Source of the DNA: Longimicrobiales bacterium
Lineage (GTDB): Bacteria; Gemmatimonadota; Gemmatimonadetes; Longimicrobiales; Gaopeijiaceae
NCBI GenBank assembly: GCA_965202985.1
Contig: CBDBCF010000001.1
Location: forward strand, 2,688,001 to 2,752,000
Direction of reading: 5' to 3'
Length of the DNA stretch: 64,000 nt
The notes beneath the pieces were generated by a model. The model did not search any database, was not told the origin of the DNA, and was given only the letters and a program-made list of their open reading frames with translations. How positions within the stretch are numbered: the stretch's first letter is position 1; each line of letters starts with the position of its first letter. A program made the position numbers and the translations under genes. This document shows positions 19,886-29,690 of the stretch, piece after piece.

Positions 19886-21558
19886 CGGCGGGCCGACAAG
19901 CAGGCTCCCTGGACCGTCCGGCGACGGTTGCAGACGCCGGTACCGGTGCGCTTGGCGCCGGGGGCGACGGCCCGACCCGCGGGGACGCCCCGCCCCGCGC
20001 TCGGGACGCGGACCCGGCCAGCTTCGCGTCTCTGCCCGAGGGCTTCTCTCCCGAACGCGACTTGGGCGAGCCGGGCCGGCATCCCTTCACCCGCGGCGTC
20101 TACCCCGGCATGTACCGGGACAAGCTGTGGACGATGCGTCAGTACGCGGGCTTCGGCACGGCGGACGAGACCAACCGCCGCTACCACTTCCTGCTGGACC
20201 GGGGGACGACGGGCCTGTCCGTGGCGTTCGACCTGCCCACCCAGATGGGCCTGGACTCGGACGCGCCCATGGCGGCCGGCGAGGTGGGTCGGGTGGGCGT
20301 GGCGATCGACTCGCTTGCGGACATGCGCGCCCTGTTCCGCGGCATCGACTTGGCCCAAGTGTCGTGCTCCATGACGATCAACGCCACGGCGCCGATCCTG
20401 CTGGCCTTGTACGCGGCGGCGGCCGACGAGCAGGGGGCGCCCAGAAACCGCCTGCGCGGCACGGTGCAGAACGACGTCCTCAAGGAATACGTGGCCCGGG
20501 GCACGTACATCTACCCCGTGGAGCCGTCCCTTCGCCTAGTGAGCGACCTGATGGCGTTCTGCGCTCGGGAGATGCCGCGCTGGAACGCGGTCTCCGTATC
20601 GGGCTACCACATCCGCGAAGCCGGCTCCACCGCCGCCCATGAAGTGGCGTTCACCTTGGCCAACGGGCTGGAGTACGTGGGGCGGGCGATCGCCGTCGGC
20701 ATCGATCTGGAGGCGTTCGCGCCCCGAGTCTCGTTCTTCTTCGCGGCCCACAACGACCTGTTCGAGGAGGTGGCCAAGTTCCGCGCCGCCCGCCGCCTTT
20801 GGGCTCGGCTCATGCGGGACCGCTTCGGCGCTTCGGACCGGTCGTGCCGCCTGCGCTTCCACACTCAGACCGGCGGCTCCACCCTGACCGCTCAGCAGCC
20901 GCTGAACAACGTGGTGCGGGTTGCCGTCCAGGCGTTGGCCGGCGTGCTGGGCGGCACGCAGTCGCTGCACACGAACGGCTACGACGAGGCGCTGTCGCTG
21001 CCGTCGGCGGAGGCGGCGTCGCTGGCCCTGCGCACGCAGCAGATCCTGGCCGAGGAGTCGGGCGTGGCGCAGTGGGCCGATCCCCTGGGCGGCAGCTACC
21101 TGATCGAGCGCCTGACCAACCGACTGGAAGCCGACGCCACCGCGCTCGTCGAGCGGATCGAGGAGGCGGGCGGAGCGTCTAAGGCCATCGACTTCATGCA
21201 GGACGAGATTCACCGCGCGGCCTACCGGTTCCAGCTGGAAGTGGAATCGGGGAAAAGGGCTGTGGTGGGCGTCAACCGGCATTGGACCGACGAGGGCGAA
21301 ACGGGGGAGGACGACGAACTCCCGCCAAGCCCCGACTATCGGAAACTCGAAGCGCGGCAGGTCGCCGCACTGGCCGCGTTCAAGGCGGAGCGCGACCGGG
21401 TAGCCGTAGCGGATCGGCTGTCGAGCGTGCGCGCGGTCGCGACGGGCGACGAGAACCTGCTGCCGCCCATGATCGCCGCCGTCAAGGCGGGCGCCACCTT
21501 GGGAGAGATCAGCGACGCCCTGCGCAGCGCCTGGGGAACCTACGCGGAGGCGGGCTGA
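19882..21558 (+). CDS. Methylmalonyl-CoA mutase large (substrate-binding) subunit, split type lacking the B12-binding domain
   Basis: [17 protein letters not shown] (Tyr, as in methylmalonyl-CoA mutases), [41 protein letters not shown]; ends without DxHxxG. Confidence 0.93.
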   Translation: MTAGRQAGSLDRPATVADAGTGALGAGGDGPTRGDAPPRARDADPASFASLPEGFSPERDLGEPGRHPFTRGVYPGMYRDKLWTMRQYAGFGTADETNRRYHFLLDRGTTGLSVAFDLPTQMGLDSDAPMAAGEVGRVGVAIDSLADMRALFRGIDLAQVSCSMTINATAPILLALYAAAADEQGAPRNRLRGTVQNDVLKEYVARGTYIYPVEPSLRLVSDLMAFCAREMPRWNAVSVSGYHIREAGSTAAHEVAFTLANGLEYVGRAIAVGIDLEAFAPRVSFFFAAHNDLFEEVAKFRAARRLWARLMRDRFGASDRSCRLRFHTQTGGSTLTAQQPLNNVVRVAVQALAGVLGGTQSLHTNGYDEALSLPSAEAASLALRTQQILAEESGVAQWADPLGGSYLIERLTNRLEADATALVERIEEAGGASKAIDFMQDEIHRAAYRFQLEVESGKRAVVGVNRHWTDEGETGEDDELPPSPDYRKLEARQVAALAAFKAERDRVAVADRLSSVRAVATGDENLLPPMIAAVKAGATLGEISDALRSAWGTYAEAG

Positions 21559-21579
21559 TGGGCGGGCTTCGCGACGGTC

Positions 21580-21667
21580 CGCGACCAGGGTTCGTCGAGT
21601 TCGCTGAACGGCCACTGGACGAGAACCCTCGCGGCCCTCGTGGCGTTACGGCTAACGCTAGGTCGCG
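21580..21667. other. Predicted three-way-junction secondary structure (possible ncRNA or mobile-element end)
   Basis: P1 CGCGACC/GGTCGCG, P2 AGGGTTC/GAACCCT (extended by GTC/GAC and AGT/ACT), P3 TGGCGTT/AACGCTA; found by eye. Confidence 0.35.
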
Positions 21668-22109
21668 TTCTGTCTCCAAGTGACTGATAGCGGTAGCATC
21701 GTACTTGGACAATTGCTGCAGGTAGGGTTCCAAGTTTCCTTTGGCTCTAGTAGCACCGCGAAACAACTTGTGGTAGGTATCGATTACATGATGAAGGAAA
21801 CGCGACTGTTCTCAAAAAACCACGAGTTGGGTGGCTTGCGTGCGTTCGTTGAGGATTTTGAGATGATGGGATCTTGAGTCGTGGACAGTCTCTTCCCTCC
21901 GTGGTCCGGCAAGGTTTCCGTGGCCTGTTGCGGCCTCCCGAGGGTGTTCGGACGAGTGTCCCGCACTCCAGCGTGCCCGGTCCACTCATAGTCGGTCGTA
22001 GTCTGTTGATGACGACAAGAAAATTAGCTAGCGATCATCTCCAGGGCGTCAAGAGCAATGCGAGGCGTCCAAGGACGACCACGAGGCGTATTCCGTCCAT
22101 TGCAGGTGA

Positions 22110-22622
22110 TCACGACGGGCCGCCTCTGCCCAGGTCGCTGGGATGTCCACGCCCAGCCGAGCGCGATCCGTCTTCCGCGGCCTTGACCTGGTCCCACAGG
22201 TGGTCCAGCTGTTGCAAGCTGGTTCCGGGCATTGCGTAGCCGCGTTCGGTCGCAAGACGCACCACGCTCTCGTACCGTCGCTGGAACTTCCGGGTGGCGC
22301 CGGCGAGCGCCGAGGCCGGGTCCACGCCCGCCAGCCGCGCGACGTTCACTGCGGCAAAGAACAGGTCGCCGACTTCTTCGGTCAGCGCGGCGTCAGGGTC
22401 GCTGCCCAGCAGGGAACCGACCTCGGCCGCTTCCTCCTGCACCTTCTCGAGTGCGCCAAGCGGGTCGGGCCAGTCGAACCCCGCCTCGCTCGCCCGACGC
22501 TGCGCCTCGCAGGCCGCCGCCAAGGCCCCGGACCGGTTCGTCACGATCCCGCAACCTCCCGTCACGGTCCCGTGCCGCCCGACGGCAGGACGCGCTTTCC
22601 CGAAACGCCGCCCGGCGTCCAC
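22110..22622 (-). CDS. mazG: MazG-like nucleotide pyrophosphohydrolase (single domain)
   Basis: QRRASEAGFDW, KVQEEAAEV, EEVGDLFFAAVNVAR, ATRKFQRR, LDHLWDQVK. Start uncertain. Confidence 0.88.
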   Translation of the reverse strand: MDAGRRFGKARPAVGRHGTVTGGCGIVTNRSGALAAACEAQRRASEAGFDWPDPLGALEKVQEEAAEVGSLLGSDPDAALTEEVGDLFFAAVNVARLAGVDPASALAGATRKFQRRYESVVRLATERGYAMPGTSLQQLDHLWDQVKAAEDGSRSAGRGHPSDLGRGGPS

Positions 22623-22673
22623 ATTGTCTCCGGCAATCCAATCATGGCTGTACCTTGGCTACGGACCGACCCC

Positions 22674-23849
22674 ATGGCAAGCAACGCCACGCCCTGCGAG
22701 CACGCCCGCGCGCGTCCGGTCCGCGAGCGCGCCTGGGTCGAGGTGGACACGGGCGCGTTGCTTCGCAACTACCGCCAACTCCGCGCCGCCGCCGGTCCGG
22801 GAGTCAAGCTGGTCCCGATGGTCAAGGCCGACGGCTACGGCCTGGGCGCCCGGCGCGTCGTCGAGGCCCTCGCCCCTGCGGACCCCTACGGCTTCGGCGT
22901 CGCCACGGTGGACGAAGGGCTCGCTCTGCGGCGGGCCGGCGTGCACGCCCCCGTCATGATCTGCGGCCCAGCGCCGCCCGACGCCCTGGGCAGGGCAGTG
23001 CAGGGCGGCCTGATCCCCACCGTGTCGGACCTCGGAACCCTGGACGCGCTCGAAGCCCTGGCGGCCGGGCGCAGCGACCGCGACGACGACCCTCCCGTCC
23101 TCTTCCAAGTCGAAGTCGACACCGGCATGGGCCGGGCGGGTTTTCCCCTGGCGGGGGCGGTCCGGGACTGGTGGCCCCGAGTGCTCGCCGCGGCAACCGA
23201 CGGCCTTCGCTTGGTCGGCGTCTACACGCACCTGCATTCGGCGGACGAGGCGGACTTGGCCAGCGCCCGCCGGCAGGTCGAGCGTTTCCGCGACTTCGTT
23301 CACGCCGTCGAAGGGATCGGGCCGGACACGCTGGTCCACTTCGCCAACAGCGCCGCGGTTCTCCGGCTGCCGCAGGGATTCGCCAACGCCGCACGCCCCG
23401 GCATCTACCTCTATGGAGGCCGACCGGGACCCGTTCCCGTCCCTCCGGAACCGGTGGCGGCCGTGCGCGCCAGAATCGTACTTGCGCGCCAAGTGCCCGC
23501 AGGCGCGACCGCCAGCTACGGCGCCACGTACAAGGCCCGGGGTCCCGAGCGATGGGCCACGGTTGCGATCGGCTACGGCGACGGGCTGCCGCGCGCCCTC
23601 GGCAACCGGGGCCGGGCGCTGGCGGCGGGCAGGAACCATCCCATCGTGGGGCGGGTCACGATGGACATGACCGTGTTGCGCTTGGACGACGCAGCAAACC
23701 CGTCGCCCGGCGATGCGGTTACCTTCATAGGTCGCGACGGGGACGCCGCTATCGGCCTGCACGAGGTCGCGGCGCTCGCGAACACCATCGACTACGAAAT
23801 CCTGACGGGGCTCTCGCCCCGGTTGCCGAGGACGACGAAGGAACCGTGA
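22674..23849 (+). CDS. alr: Alanine racemase
   Basis: RAWVEVD, VKADGYGLG, VDTGMGRAG, THLHSAD, ANSAA, RPGIYLYG, SYGATY, GYGDG, GRVTMD, TIDYE. Confidence 0.96.
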   Translation: MASNATPCEHARARPVRERAWVEVDTGALLRNYRQLRAAAGPGVKLVPMVKADGYGLGARRVVEALAPADPYGFGVATVDEGLALRRAGVHAPVMICGPAPPDALGRAVQGGLIPTVSDLGTLDALEALAAGRSDRDDDPPVLFQVEVDTGMGRAGFPLAGAVRDWWPRVLAAATDGLRLVGVYTHLHSADEADLASARRQVERFRDFVHAVEGIGPDTLVHFANSAAVLRLPQGFANAARPGIYLYGGRPGPVPVPPEPVAAVRARIVLARQVPAGATASYGATYKARGPERWATVAIGYGDGLPRALGNRGRALAAGRNHPIVGRVTMDMTVLRLDDAANPSPGDAVTFIGRDGDAAIGLHEVAALANTIDYEILTGLSPRLPRTTKEP

Positions 23850-24319
23850 CGGCGAACCGAAAGGCGGCGGTGAACGAGGTGGCCGCGGCGAACGACGAAT
23901 CGACTGCGACGGAAGGAGACTCCATGGCGCGCATCGCGGAGTTGGCCAAAGAGGCGATGCGGTCCGCCTATGCGCCCTATTCGCGGTTCCGGGTTGGGGC
24001 CGCGCTTGAGGCCGATTCGGGCGACGTGTTCGTCGGCTGCAACGTCGAGAACGCGTCTTACGGGCTCACGATCTGCGCCGAACGGGCCGCCGTGGCAGCT
24101 GCCGTCGCGCAGGGCCACCGCCGATTTCGCCGCGTCGTCGTGGCCACCGAAGGAGACCGGGCCGTCTCCCCGTGCGGCGCCTGCCGCCAGGTGCTGGCCG
24201 AGTTCGGAAGCGCGCTGGAGGTGTACGGCGTCGCCAAGGACGAGACCAAGCGCTGGCTGCTTCGCGACCTGTTGCCCGCCGCGTTCGGCCCCGCCGCGAT
24301 CTCCGACGGAGGCTCATGA
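23846..24319 (+). CDS. cdd: Cytidine deaminase
   Basis: AYAPYSRFRVGAA, GCNVENASYGLTICAER, PCGACRQ. Confidence 0.96.
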   Translation: MTANRKAAVNEVAAANDESTATEGDSMARIAELAKEAMRSAYAPYSRFRVGAALEADSGDVFVGCNVENASYGLTICAERAAVAAAVAQGHRRFRRVVVATEGDRAVSPCGACRQVLAEFGSALEVYGVAKDETKRWLLRDLLPAAFGPAAISDGGS

Positions 24320-25758
24320 CCGCCCCCGGCGCAACATCCTGGACCAGCTCCCGTCGCCCGCCCGCGACCGCACGCCCCCGCACGCGTGCGGCCGCCGGAC
24401 CCGTCGTCCTTGCGCTGACCGCCGTCCCGCTCGTCGTCTGGGCCTGCCGGGAGCAGCTCCCCACCGCCACGGAAGAGGGTTTGGTCCCGGTCGGCACCAC
24501 CGTCGAAGCCACCCTGTCGTTCGACGAGTTCGCAACCGCCGTCCGCATCTACGGCGGATACGGCCGCCCGTCCGACTTGGGCGGCGGCTTCGTGGCGCGC
24601 GATTTCGCGGGCGCGGACGCCAACTTGTCGGACGCTCCCGCCGACGGCTTGAACGCGGCCACGCTGGTCAACTTCGGCGATCTCCCGCAGGTCGCCTCCG
24701 TGCGCGACACCACCGGCACCACGCGCCCCGATTCCTCCCTGACGTTCCTCTCGGGCCGCATCGTCGCGAACTTCGACGCCGACGGCAGCGTCGCCCAAGG
24801 CCCGGTTCCCGTCCTGGCCCACGAGGTGACCGAACCCTGGGACCGGATCACCGCCACGTGGAGCTTCGCCGTCGATTCCCTGGACCGGCAGGTGCCCTGG
24901 TCGACGCCAGGAGGCGCCGCCGGCCCCGAGCTCGGAAGCGCCGTCTGGGACATGGCTTCGGACGACAGCTTGGAGATCATGGTGGACTCGGCCGTCGTGG
25001 CGGCGTGGGGCGAGAAGCGCGACTCGGCGGGCGATCTGCGCAGCGTGCGCCTGACCTCGGGCGCGGAAGGCTCCCGCCTCAAGCTCCGCTCGGTGCGGCT
25101 TTGGCTCGCCGCCCAGCCCAGCTTGGCCCCCGACACCATCGTGCAGGTCCTGGCGCCCTCCCGGGGCACCACCTTCCTCTACGATCCCGCCCCTCCGCCC
25201 GCGACCGGAGCGACCCTCCGCGTCGGCGGCGCACCGGCGTGGCGCAGCGTCTTGGACCTGAACGTTCCCCGCCGACTGACCGGCCCGCCCGAGCTTTGCA
25301 ACGCCGTCGGATGTCCGGTCGAGATCGACGAAGACCACGTGTCCTACGCGGGCTTGGTCCTGTCGCCGCGCCGCCCCGATCCCGCCTTCGCGCCCTCCGA
25401 CACCTTGGCCATGGACGTGCGCATGGTGCTGGCCCCGTCGTTCCTGCCCAAGTCGCCGCTGGGTCCCTCCAACGGGGGCGTCGGAGGCACGACCGGGTTC
25501 GCCGGCACCTTGCTGGCGCCCAACTTGTTCGACGACCCGGGAACCGGCGAGACCGTGGAGATCCCCGTGACCCGCCTGATCCGCGACCTGTTGCGCGGCG
25601 AAACCGCTTCCGGCGACCCCGTGCCCAGCAGCACGGTGGCCCTCCTCTCCACCTTCGAGCCGGTCTCCATCGAATACGCCTCGTTCGAAGGCCCCGGCTC
25701 TCCCGCTGCCCCGCGCCTCCGCCTCATCCTGAGCTTCTCCCCGCCCGACGAAGGATGA
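24316..25758 (+). CDS. Hypothetical lipoprotein
   Basis: Lipobox-like LVVWAC; ATGA-coupled on both sides; beta-rich; C-terminal PRLRLIL. Confidence 0.72.
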   Translation: MTAPGATSWTSSRRPPATARPRTRAAAGPVVLALTAVPLVVWACREQLPTATEEGLVPVGTTVEATLSFDEFATAVRIYGGYGRPSDLGGGFVARDFAGADANLSDAPADGLNAATLVNFGDLPQVASVRDTTGTTRPDSSLTFLSGRIVANFDADGSVAQGPVPVLAHEVTEPWDRITATWSFAVDSLDRQVPWSTPGGAAGPELGSAVWDMASDDSLEIMVDSAVVAAWGEKRDSAGDLRSVRLTSGAEGSRLKLRSVRLWLAAQPSLAPDTIVQVLAPSRGTTFLYDPAPPPATGATLRVGGAPAWRSVLDLNVPRRLTGPPELCNAVGCPVEIDEDHVSYAGLVLSPRRPDPAFAPSDTLAMDVRMVLAPSFLPKSPLGPSNGGVGGTTGFAGTLLAPNLFDDPGTGETVEIPVTRLIRDLLRGETASGDPVPSSTVALLSTFEPVSIEYASFEGPGSPAAPRLRLILSFSPPDEG

Positions 25759-26972
25759 CGACGAAGCAGCCCCCCGCGCGGCCCCCGCGTCCCGCCCGCG
25801 TCCCGCCCCTCGCCCTCGCCTTCGTCCTGGCCCTGGCCGCCCTCCTCCCCGGCTCGGCGTCCGCCCAATCCCTGCTGGGCTTCCGCGCGCTGGGCGTGCC
25901 CGTCGGCACGATGAGCGCCCGAGCCGCCGCCGCCGGCAACCTGGGCGTGGGGCTGGCAGGCGCGGAGGTGTCAGCCACCGATCCCACCGCCGCCGCCAGC
26001 CTCCTGTTCCCCACGATCAGCGCCTCCATGCAGCCGGCCTGGGGCGAGTTCACGCTGGGCGACGAGACCGGCGCCACCACCACGACCCGCTTCCCGGTGA
26101 TGGGCGTCGGCTATCCGGTTCCGGCGGCCCGCGGCGCCCTGTCGGTCACCCTGTCCGGCCACATGGAGCAGCGGTGGGTGGGCGAAGTGCCCCGCAGCAC
26201 CCCCGTGGGCGACGCCGACGTGGAGGTGAACGACCGCTTCGAGAGCGACGGGGGCACCTCCGTCGCCCGCATCGGCTGGTCCCAGCGCATCGGCGACCGA
26301 CTGGCCGCGGGCGTCTCGGCGGGCACCTACCTGGGACGCTTGGACCGCACCTTCGACCGCACCTTGGACTCCACCACGGTCGGTTCCGGCGTCGAGTCCT
26401 TCGGACGAACCGGCTCCTGGACCTACAGCGGCCTCGCCTTCGCCGCCGGCGTGTCCGCGGACCCCCACGATCTGGTGCACGTGGCCACGGTCGTGGAGTG
26501 GTCGGGCGACTTGAAGGCCGACCCCCGCGACGAGACGTCCAGCGAAGGCGCCGCCTACTCCATTCCCATGCGCTTCTCCGCAGGGGCCACGGGCCGCTTG
26601 ACGCCGCGCCTCCACCTCAACGCTTCGGTGGCCTATCAGGATTGGTCGGGCGCCGCCGGGTTCGACCCCGAAACGACGGCCGCGGGTCGCTTCAGCTACG
26701 GCGCCGGCCTGGAGTGGCAGGTCGTGCAGGGCATGCAGCGCGCCCTTCCCGTCCGCTTCGGCTACCGCAACGTCGTGCAGCCGTTCCGCTTCGGCGCCGC
26801 CGACGCCGTGGAGTCGATCTGGTCCGGGGGCGTCGGCTTCGACTTGGTCCAAGCCGAAGGGCTGCGCTTCGGATGGATCGACGCGGGCGTCGAACGGAGC
26901 AGCCGGTCCAGCGGCAGGTTGAGCGAGCAGTTCTGGCGCGCCACGGTGTCCGTGGGCATCTCCCGCTACTAG
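25755..26972 (+). CDS. Outer-membrane beta-barrel protein (FadL/OmpP1-like)
   Basis: Signal peptide ending ASA-QS, alternating beta-strand pattern, aromatic C-terminus (ATVSVGISRY). Confidence 0.72.
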   Translation: MTTKQPPARPPRPARVPPLALAFVLALAALLPGSASAQSLLGFRALGVPVGTMSARAAAAGNLGVGLAGAEVSATDPTAAASLLFPTISASMQPAWGEFTLGDETGATTTTRFPVMGVGYPVPAARGALSVTLSGHMEQRWVGEVPRSTPVGDADVEVNDRFESDGGTSVARIGWSQRIGDRLAAGVSAGTYLGRLDRTFDRTLDSTTVGSGVESFGRTGSWTYSGLAFAAGVSADPHDLVHVATVVEWSGDLKADPRDETSSEGAAYSIPMRFSAGATGRLTPRLHLNASVAYQDWSGAAGFDPETTAAGRFSYGAGLEWQVVQGMQRALPVRFGYRNVVQPFRFGAADAVESIWSGGVGFDLVQAEGLRFGWIDAGVERSSRSSGRLSEQFWRATVSVGISRY

Positions 26973-26995
26973 CGCCGGCGGCGGGGACCGACCCC

Positions 26996-28282
26996 ATGCG
27001 GGTTCACTACAAGACGTTCGGTTGCAAGACCAACCAGTACGACACCGAGCGCGTCCGCCAACTCCTGGAAACTCGGGGCGGCGCCGTCGTCAGCGCGGAT
27101 CTGGAGTCGGCCGCCGTTTGCGTCGTCAACACGTGCACGGTCACCAACCGGGCCGACGCCGACGCCCGCCGCTTCGTTCGCCGGGCGAGCCGCCTCAACC
27201 CCGACGTTCGCATCGTGGTGGCGGGTTGCTCGGCGGCGCTCCAAGGGGACCGCTACCGGAGCATGGACGAAGTGGCCGCTGTGGTGGAGGGCTACGACCC
27301 GGCGGAGGTGCTGAGCGCGGTCGTCGGTGCTCCGCTGGTCCAGCTGGGCGCGCGCCTTCCACTGGACCGGACCCACGCCGAGCCGGTCGGCGCCACCGTG
27401 CTTCGACGGCGCGCCGGGGCCACCCGGGGCTGGCTCAAGGTGCAGGACGGGTGCGACCGAAAGTGCGCCTTCTGCGCCACGCGCTTGGCTCGCGGACGAA
27501 GCCGAAGCCGCGACCCCGACCGCGTCGTCGAAGAAGCCCGGGTCCTGGCCGCCACGCACCCCGAGCTCGTCGTGACGGGCGTCCACATCGGCCATTACGG
27601 ACGCGACCTGGTGCCCCCCAGCTCGCTGGGCGCCCTGGTGCGGCGCTTGCTGGAAGAGGTCCCGGGCCCCCGCTTCCGCCTGGGGAGCATCGAGGCCACC
27701 GAGATCGACGACGCCCTGGTGGAGCTGACGGCCGGCTCGGACGGGCGGCTGGCGCCCCACTTCCACATGCCGCTCCAGAGCGGTTCCGACCCGGTGTTGC
27801 GCAAGATGCGGCGCTGGCACACCCGCGACGACTACCGCCGCCGCGTGCTGGAGATCGCCGAAGCCGTCGCGCCCCTCGGCCTGGGCGCCGATGTGATCAC
27901 CGGCTTTCCGGGCGAGACCGCCGCCGACCACGCCGACACCCGCGCGCTGGTGGAGGAGCTGCCGTTCACCTACCTGCACGTCTTTCCGTGGTCGCCCCGA
28001 GACGGCACCGTCGCCGCCGACCTGCCCGACCGCGTGCCCCAGCGCGTCAGCGCCGAGCGGAGCCGCGAACTCCGGGTCCTGGCGGAAGAAAAGAGCGCCC
28101 GCCACGCCCGCCGTCGGGGCGGGGAAGAGGCCCAGGTCGTGTTGGAGGGCGACGCCGGCAAGGCCCTGACCGGCGACTACCTGCGAGTCCGGGTGCTGGC
28201 GACCGAGCCGCCCCAGCCATCGGTTCTCCACCGCGGCCGGCTGTCCGCCGACGGGGCGCAGGTGCGCGTCGCGTGTTGCTAG
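26996..28282 (+). CDS. mtaB: tRNA t6A37 methylthiotransferase MtaB-like radical SAM enzyme
   Basis: TFGCKTNQYD, VNTCTVT, KVQDGCDRKCAFC, LGSIE, HMPLQSGSD, LHVFPWSPRDGT. Confidence 0.88.
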   Translation: MRVHYKTFGCKTNQYDTERVRQLLETRGGAVVSADLESAAVCVVNTCTVTNRADADARRFVRRASRLNPDVRIVVAGCSAALQGDRYRSMDEVAAVVEGYDPAEVLSAVVGAPLVQLGARLPLDRTHAEPVGATVLRRRAGATRGWLKVQDGCDRKCAFCATRLARGRSRSRDPDRVVEEARVLAATHPELVVTGVHIGHYGRDLVPPSSLGALVRRLLEEVPGPRFRLGSIEATEIDDALVELTAGSDGRLAPHFHMPLQSGSDPVLRKMRRWHTRDDYRRRVLEIAEAVAPLGLGADVITGFPGETAADHADTRALVEELPFTYLHVFPWSPRDGTVAADLPDRVPQRVSAERSRELRVLAEEKSARHARRRGGEEAQVVLEGDAGKALTGDYLRVRVLATEPPQPSVLHRGRLSADGAQVRVACC

Positions 28283-28292
28283 ATTGGTCCCC

Positions 28293-29690
28293 ATGAGCAC
28301 CATGGAACGCCCTCGCCCGTCCGCCGACGCCTGCGCCCGCGCCGAAGCGTCCCCGCCCCGCGCCTACGTCGAGACCTACGGTTGCCAGATGAACGTCTCC
28401 GACGGCGAGCTCATGGAGGGGGTGCTGGAAGCCGAGGGCTACGAGATCACGCAGTCGCCCGAGGCGGCGGACGTGATCCTGGTCAACACGTGCGCCATTC
28501 GCGAGCATGCCGAGACGCGCGTGCTGGGGCGGGTCGGTCAGCTCAACGCGCTGAAGCGCCGTCGTTCGGGGGTGGTCCTGGGCGTGACCGGCTGCATGGC
28601 GCAGCGCATGGGCGACGAGCTGCTCGCGTCGGTGCCGCACGTGGACCTGGTGGTGGGACCCGACGGCTACCGCGGCCTGGGAGACGCTCTTCGCCAAGTC
28701 CGTTCCCGCGAGCCGAACGGTGCTCCGAAGCGCCTGTCGGTGCTGGACTTGTCCCTGGACGAGAACTACCAGGGCTTGGAGCAGCGCCGACGCTCCACCG
28801 TGTCCGCCTGGGTCCCCGTGCAGCGCGGCTGCAACCATCGCTGCACCTTCTGCATCGTCCCCTACGTGCGAGGCTCCGAGAAGAACCGCGCCCCCGACGA
28901 CGTGCTGGCGGAGGTCCGCGCCGTGGCGGCCCGCGGCGTCACCGAAGTCACCCTCTTGGGCCAGACGGTGAACTCGTACCGTCACGGCGGCTGGTGCTTC
29001 GCCCGCCTTCTCCGGGCGGTGGCCCGCGTTCCCGGCATCCGCCGCGTGCGCTTCACGTCGCCCCATCCCAACGACGTCACGGAAGCCCTGGCCAAGACCA
29101 TGGCCGAGGAAGAAGCCGTCTGCGAGCAGTTTCACCTGCCCGTCCAGTCCGGGTGCGACCGCACGTTGAAGCGCATGCTCCGCCGCTATACCGCGAAGTC
29201 CTTTCTGGAGAAGGTGGACTTGATCCGGTCGGCGGTTCCCGACGTGGCCCTGTCCACGGACGTCATCGCGGCCTTCCCGGGCGAAACCGAGGACGAGTTC
29301 GAAGAGACCCTGGACCTGCTCCGCAGGGTCCGCTTCGACGAGGCCTTCACATACAAGTACAGCCCGCGCTCCGGCACCCCGGCCACGCGCCTCCCGACGG
29401 ACCAGTTCGTGGACGCCGAGACGGCCCAGGATCGACTGGAGCGCTTGATCGCCGCGACCCGCAGCATCCAAGCCGAAATCAACCGAACCGAGGTCGGGCG
29501 AATCGAAGAGCTGCTGGTCGAGCGCCGGGGCCGCGGCGCCGGGACCGTCCTGGGCCGCACTCGCCGCAACAAGGCCGTCGTGATCTCCGGCGCCGGCGAC
29601 GACATCGGCCGCTACCGAACGGCGCGCTTGGCACGGACCACCGGCGCCACGTTCGTGGGCGAGCGGCTCGCAGTCTCCGTCGGTCGGTGA
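28293..29690 (+). CDS. miaB: tRNA i6A37 methylthiotransferase MiaB
   Basis: ETYGCQMNVSD, NTCAIRE, QRGCNHRCTFCIVPYVRG, LLGQTVNSY, RFTSPHP, C-terminal TRAM domain. Confidence 0.95.
   Translation: MSTMERPRPSADACARAEASPPRAYVETYGCQMNVSDGELMEGVLEAEGYEITQSPEAADVILVNTCAIREHAETRVLGRVGQLNALKRRRSGVVLGVTGCMAQRMGDELLASVPHVDLVVGPDGYRGLGDALRQVRSREPNGAPKRLSVLDLSLDENYQGLEQRRRSTVSAWVPVQRGCNHRCTFCIVPYVRGSEKNRAPDDVLAEVRAVAARGVTEVTLLGQTVNSYRHGGWCFARLLRAVARVPGIRRVRFTSPHPNDVTEALAKTMAEEEAVCEQFHLPVQSGCDRTLKRMLRRYTAKSFLEKVDLIRSAVPDVALSTDVIAAFPGETEDEFEETLDLLRRVRFDEAFTYKYSPRSGTPATRLPTDQFVDAETAQDRLERLIAATRSIQAEINRTEVGRIEELLVERRGRGAGTVLGRTRRNKAVVISGAGDDIGRYRTARLARTTGATFVGERLAVSVGR

Noticed and set aside
19882..21558. Mutase as a truncated pseudogene
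   Set aside because: Split mutases with a separately encoded B12-binding subunit are common, and the ORF ends at the usual large-subunit terminus.
21580..21835. Possible integron attC site, cobalamin riboswitch or self-cleaving ribozyme
   Set aside because: The GTTAGCC/ACCCAAC boxes are too far apart and poorly complementary; no integrase; B12-box and CUGANGA/GAAA cores are absent.
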